This document shows, piece after piece, positions 4,317 to 4,872 of a stretch of 4,872 nucleotides of DNA (position 1 is the first letter of the stretch; each line of letters starts with the position of its first letter). This stretch comes from an uncultured virus (IMG/VR IMGVR_UViG_3300001596_000066) (lineage: Duplodnaviria > Heunggongvirae > Uroviricota > Caudoviricetes). The position numbers and the translations under genes were made by a program. The notes below the pieces were generated by a model. It saw only the letters and a program-made list of their open reading frames with translations. It did not search any database and had not been told where the DNA came from. The stretch is from the IMG/VR virus record IMGVR_UViG_3300001596_000066; one strand, written 5' to 3'.

Positions 4317-4872
4317 GGATAGCTGTTAGCCAGGCCGACCAGGATCTCCGTGCCCGACCGGACCTGATAGACTAGCCAATGCTTCTGGTTCGCGTCGGTC
4401 GGGATGTCCGGCGGGTCGATCCACTTCGCGGCGAACGAGACCGTGTGCGGCCCGCCGCTGAACTCAAGGATGATGCCGCCGGCTTGCCCCTCGGTAAGGC
4501 CGCTGGCGTCCAGCGTCGTGTTGCCGGTCACGGTCAACACGTGGTTCTCGCTGCTGTTCAGCGGAAACGTCGTGGTGGCACCGAACGTGGCGGCCAGGAA
4601 TGCGTCGTCGGAAGCGGCCGGCCCCGTCGGCCCTTGCGGCCCCGCTGGCCCCTGAGCGCCTGCCGCGCCGTCTGCCCCGGCGGGGCCTTGAGCCCCGTCC
4701 GCTCCGGCCGGTCCCTGCGCGCCGACCAGCGACGTGCCCGCGCCCCAGGCTCCCGCCGCCTTCGGCCCAAAGATCGTGTCGCTGGTCGTGTTGATGTAGA
4801 AATCGCCATCGACCCCGGTTCCGGCGCCAGGGTCGCCGGCGCCGTTCAGAACCGTCTTGCCGTCAGTGCCGG
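4313..4872 (-). CDS. Collagen-like phage tail fibre protein, C-terminal part (5' end outside the window)
   Basis: Frame is open from 4870: GTDGKTVLNGAGDPGAGTGVDGDFYINTTSDTIFGPKAAGAWGAGTSLV, then (GXY)12, then ASDDAF...NHVLTVTGNTTL...GQAGGIIL...LVYQVRSGTEILVGLANSYP*. The ORF track shows only the last 75 aa. Confidence 0.88.
   Translation of the reverse strand, partial: GTDGKTVLNGAGDPGAGTGVDGDFYINTTSDTIFGPKAAGAWGAGTSLVGAQGPAGADGAQGPAGADGAAGAQGPAGPQGPTGPAASDDAFLAATFGATTTFPLNSSENHVLTVTGNTTLDASGLTEGQAGGIILEFSGGPHTVSFAAKWIDPPDIPTDANQKHWLVYQVRSGTEILVGLANSYP
4616..4723 (-). repeat. Collagen triple-helix repeat, 12 Gly-X-Y triplets
   Basis: GAQ GPA GAD GAQ GPA GAD GAA GAQ GPA GPQ GPT GPA. GAQGPAGAD occurs twice in tandem with diverged synonymous codons. 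Confidence 0.92.

Larger units (their letters stand above)
1..4872. mobile_element. Part of a temperate phage/prophage: tail end, lysis-like cassette and accessory region; likely alphaproteobacterial host
   Basis: Gene order tail fibre, holin-like, lipoprotein, membrane protein, followed by SRAP/SNase accessory genes that are common at prophage ends. LexA box is of the alpha type. No att site or integrase is visible in the window. Confidence 0.8.

Noticed and set aside
3600..4322. 240-aa plus-strand ORF
   Set aside because: Antisense to the tail gene, which is supported by the ATGA coupling and the downstream terminator.
4616..4723. GC-rich repeats as a CRISPR array or VNTR
   Set aside because: Fully explained by Gly-X-Y coding; nucleotide copies are degenerate at third positions and have no spacers.

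Overview
A GC-rich segment that looks like the right end of an alphaproteobacterial (pro)phage, with two modules converging at a shared TTAA (2211-2214). The minus strand (4872->2211) carries the end of a late operon: a 5'-truncated collagen-like tail fibre, a coupled 232-aa putative tail/receptor-binding protein, an intrinsic terminator, and four envelope-targeted genes. These four are a 2-TM holin-like protein, a lipoprotein, a Cys-rich secreted protein and a TM+coiled-coil protein; no endolysin is recognisable among them. The left half is an accessory DNA-damage module built around a compact divergent control region (697-808) with an exact alphaproteobacterial LexA box (GTTC-N7-GTTC). Leftward lies a divergent, probably leaderless SRAP/YedK abasic-site protein. 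Rightward lies an operon of a DUF551-like protein, a 64-aa unknown and a secreted thermonuclease, followed by a low-GC small gene with a possible Sm/Hfq-like fold. Family assignments come from motif recognition by eye; no searches were run.
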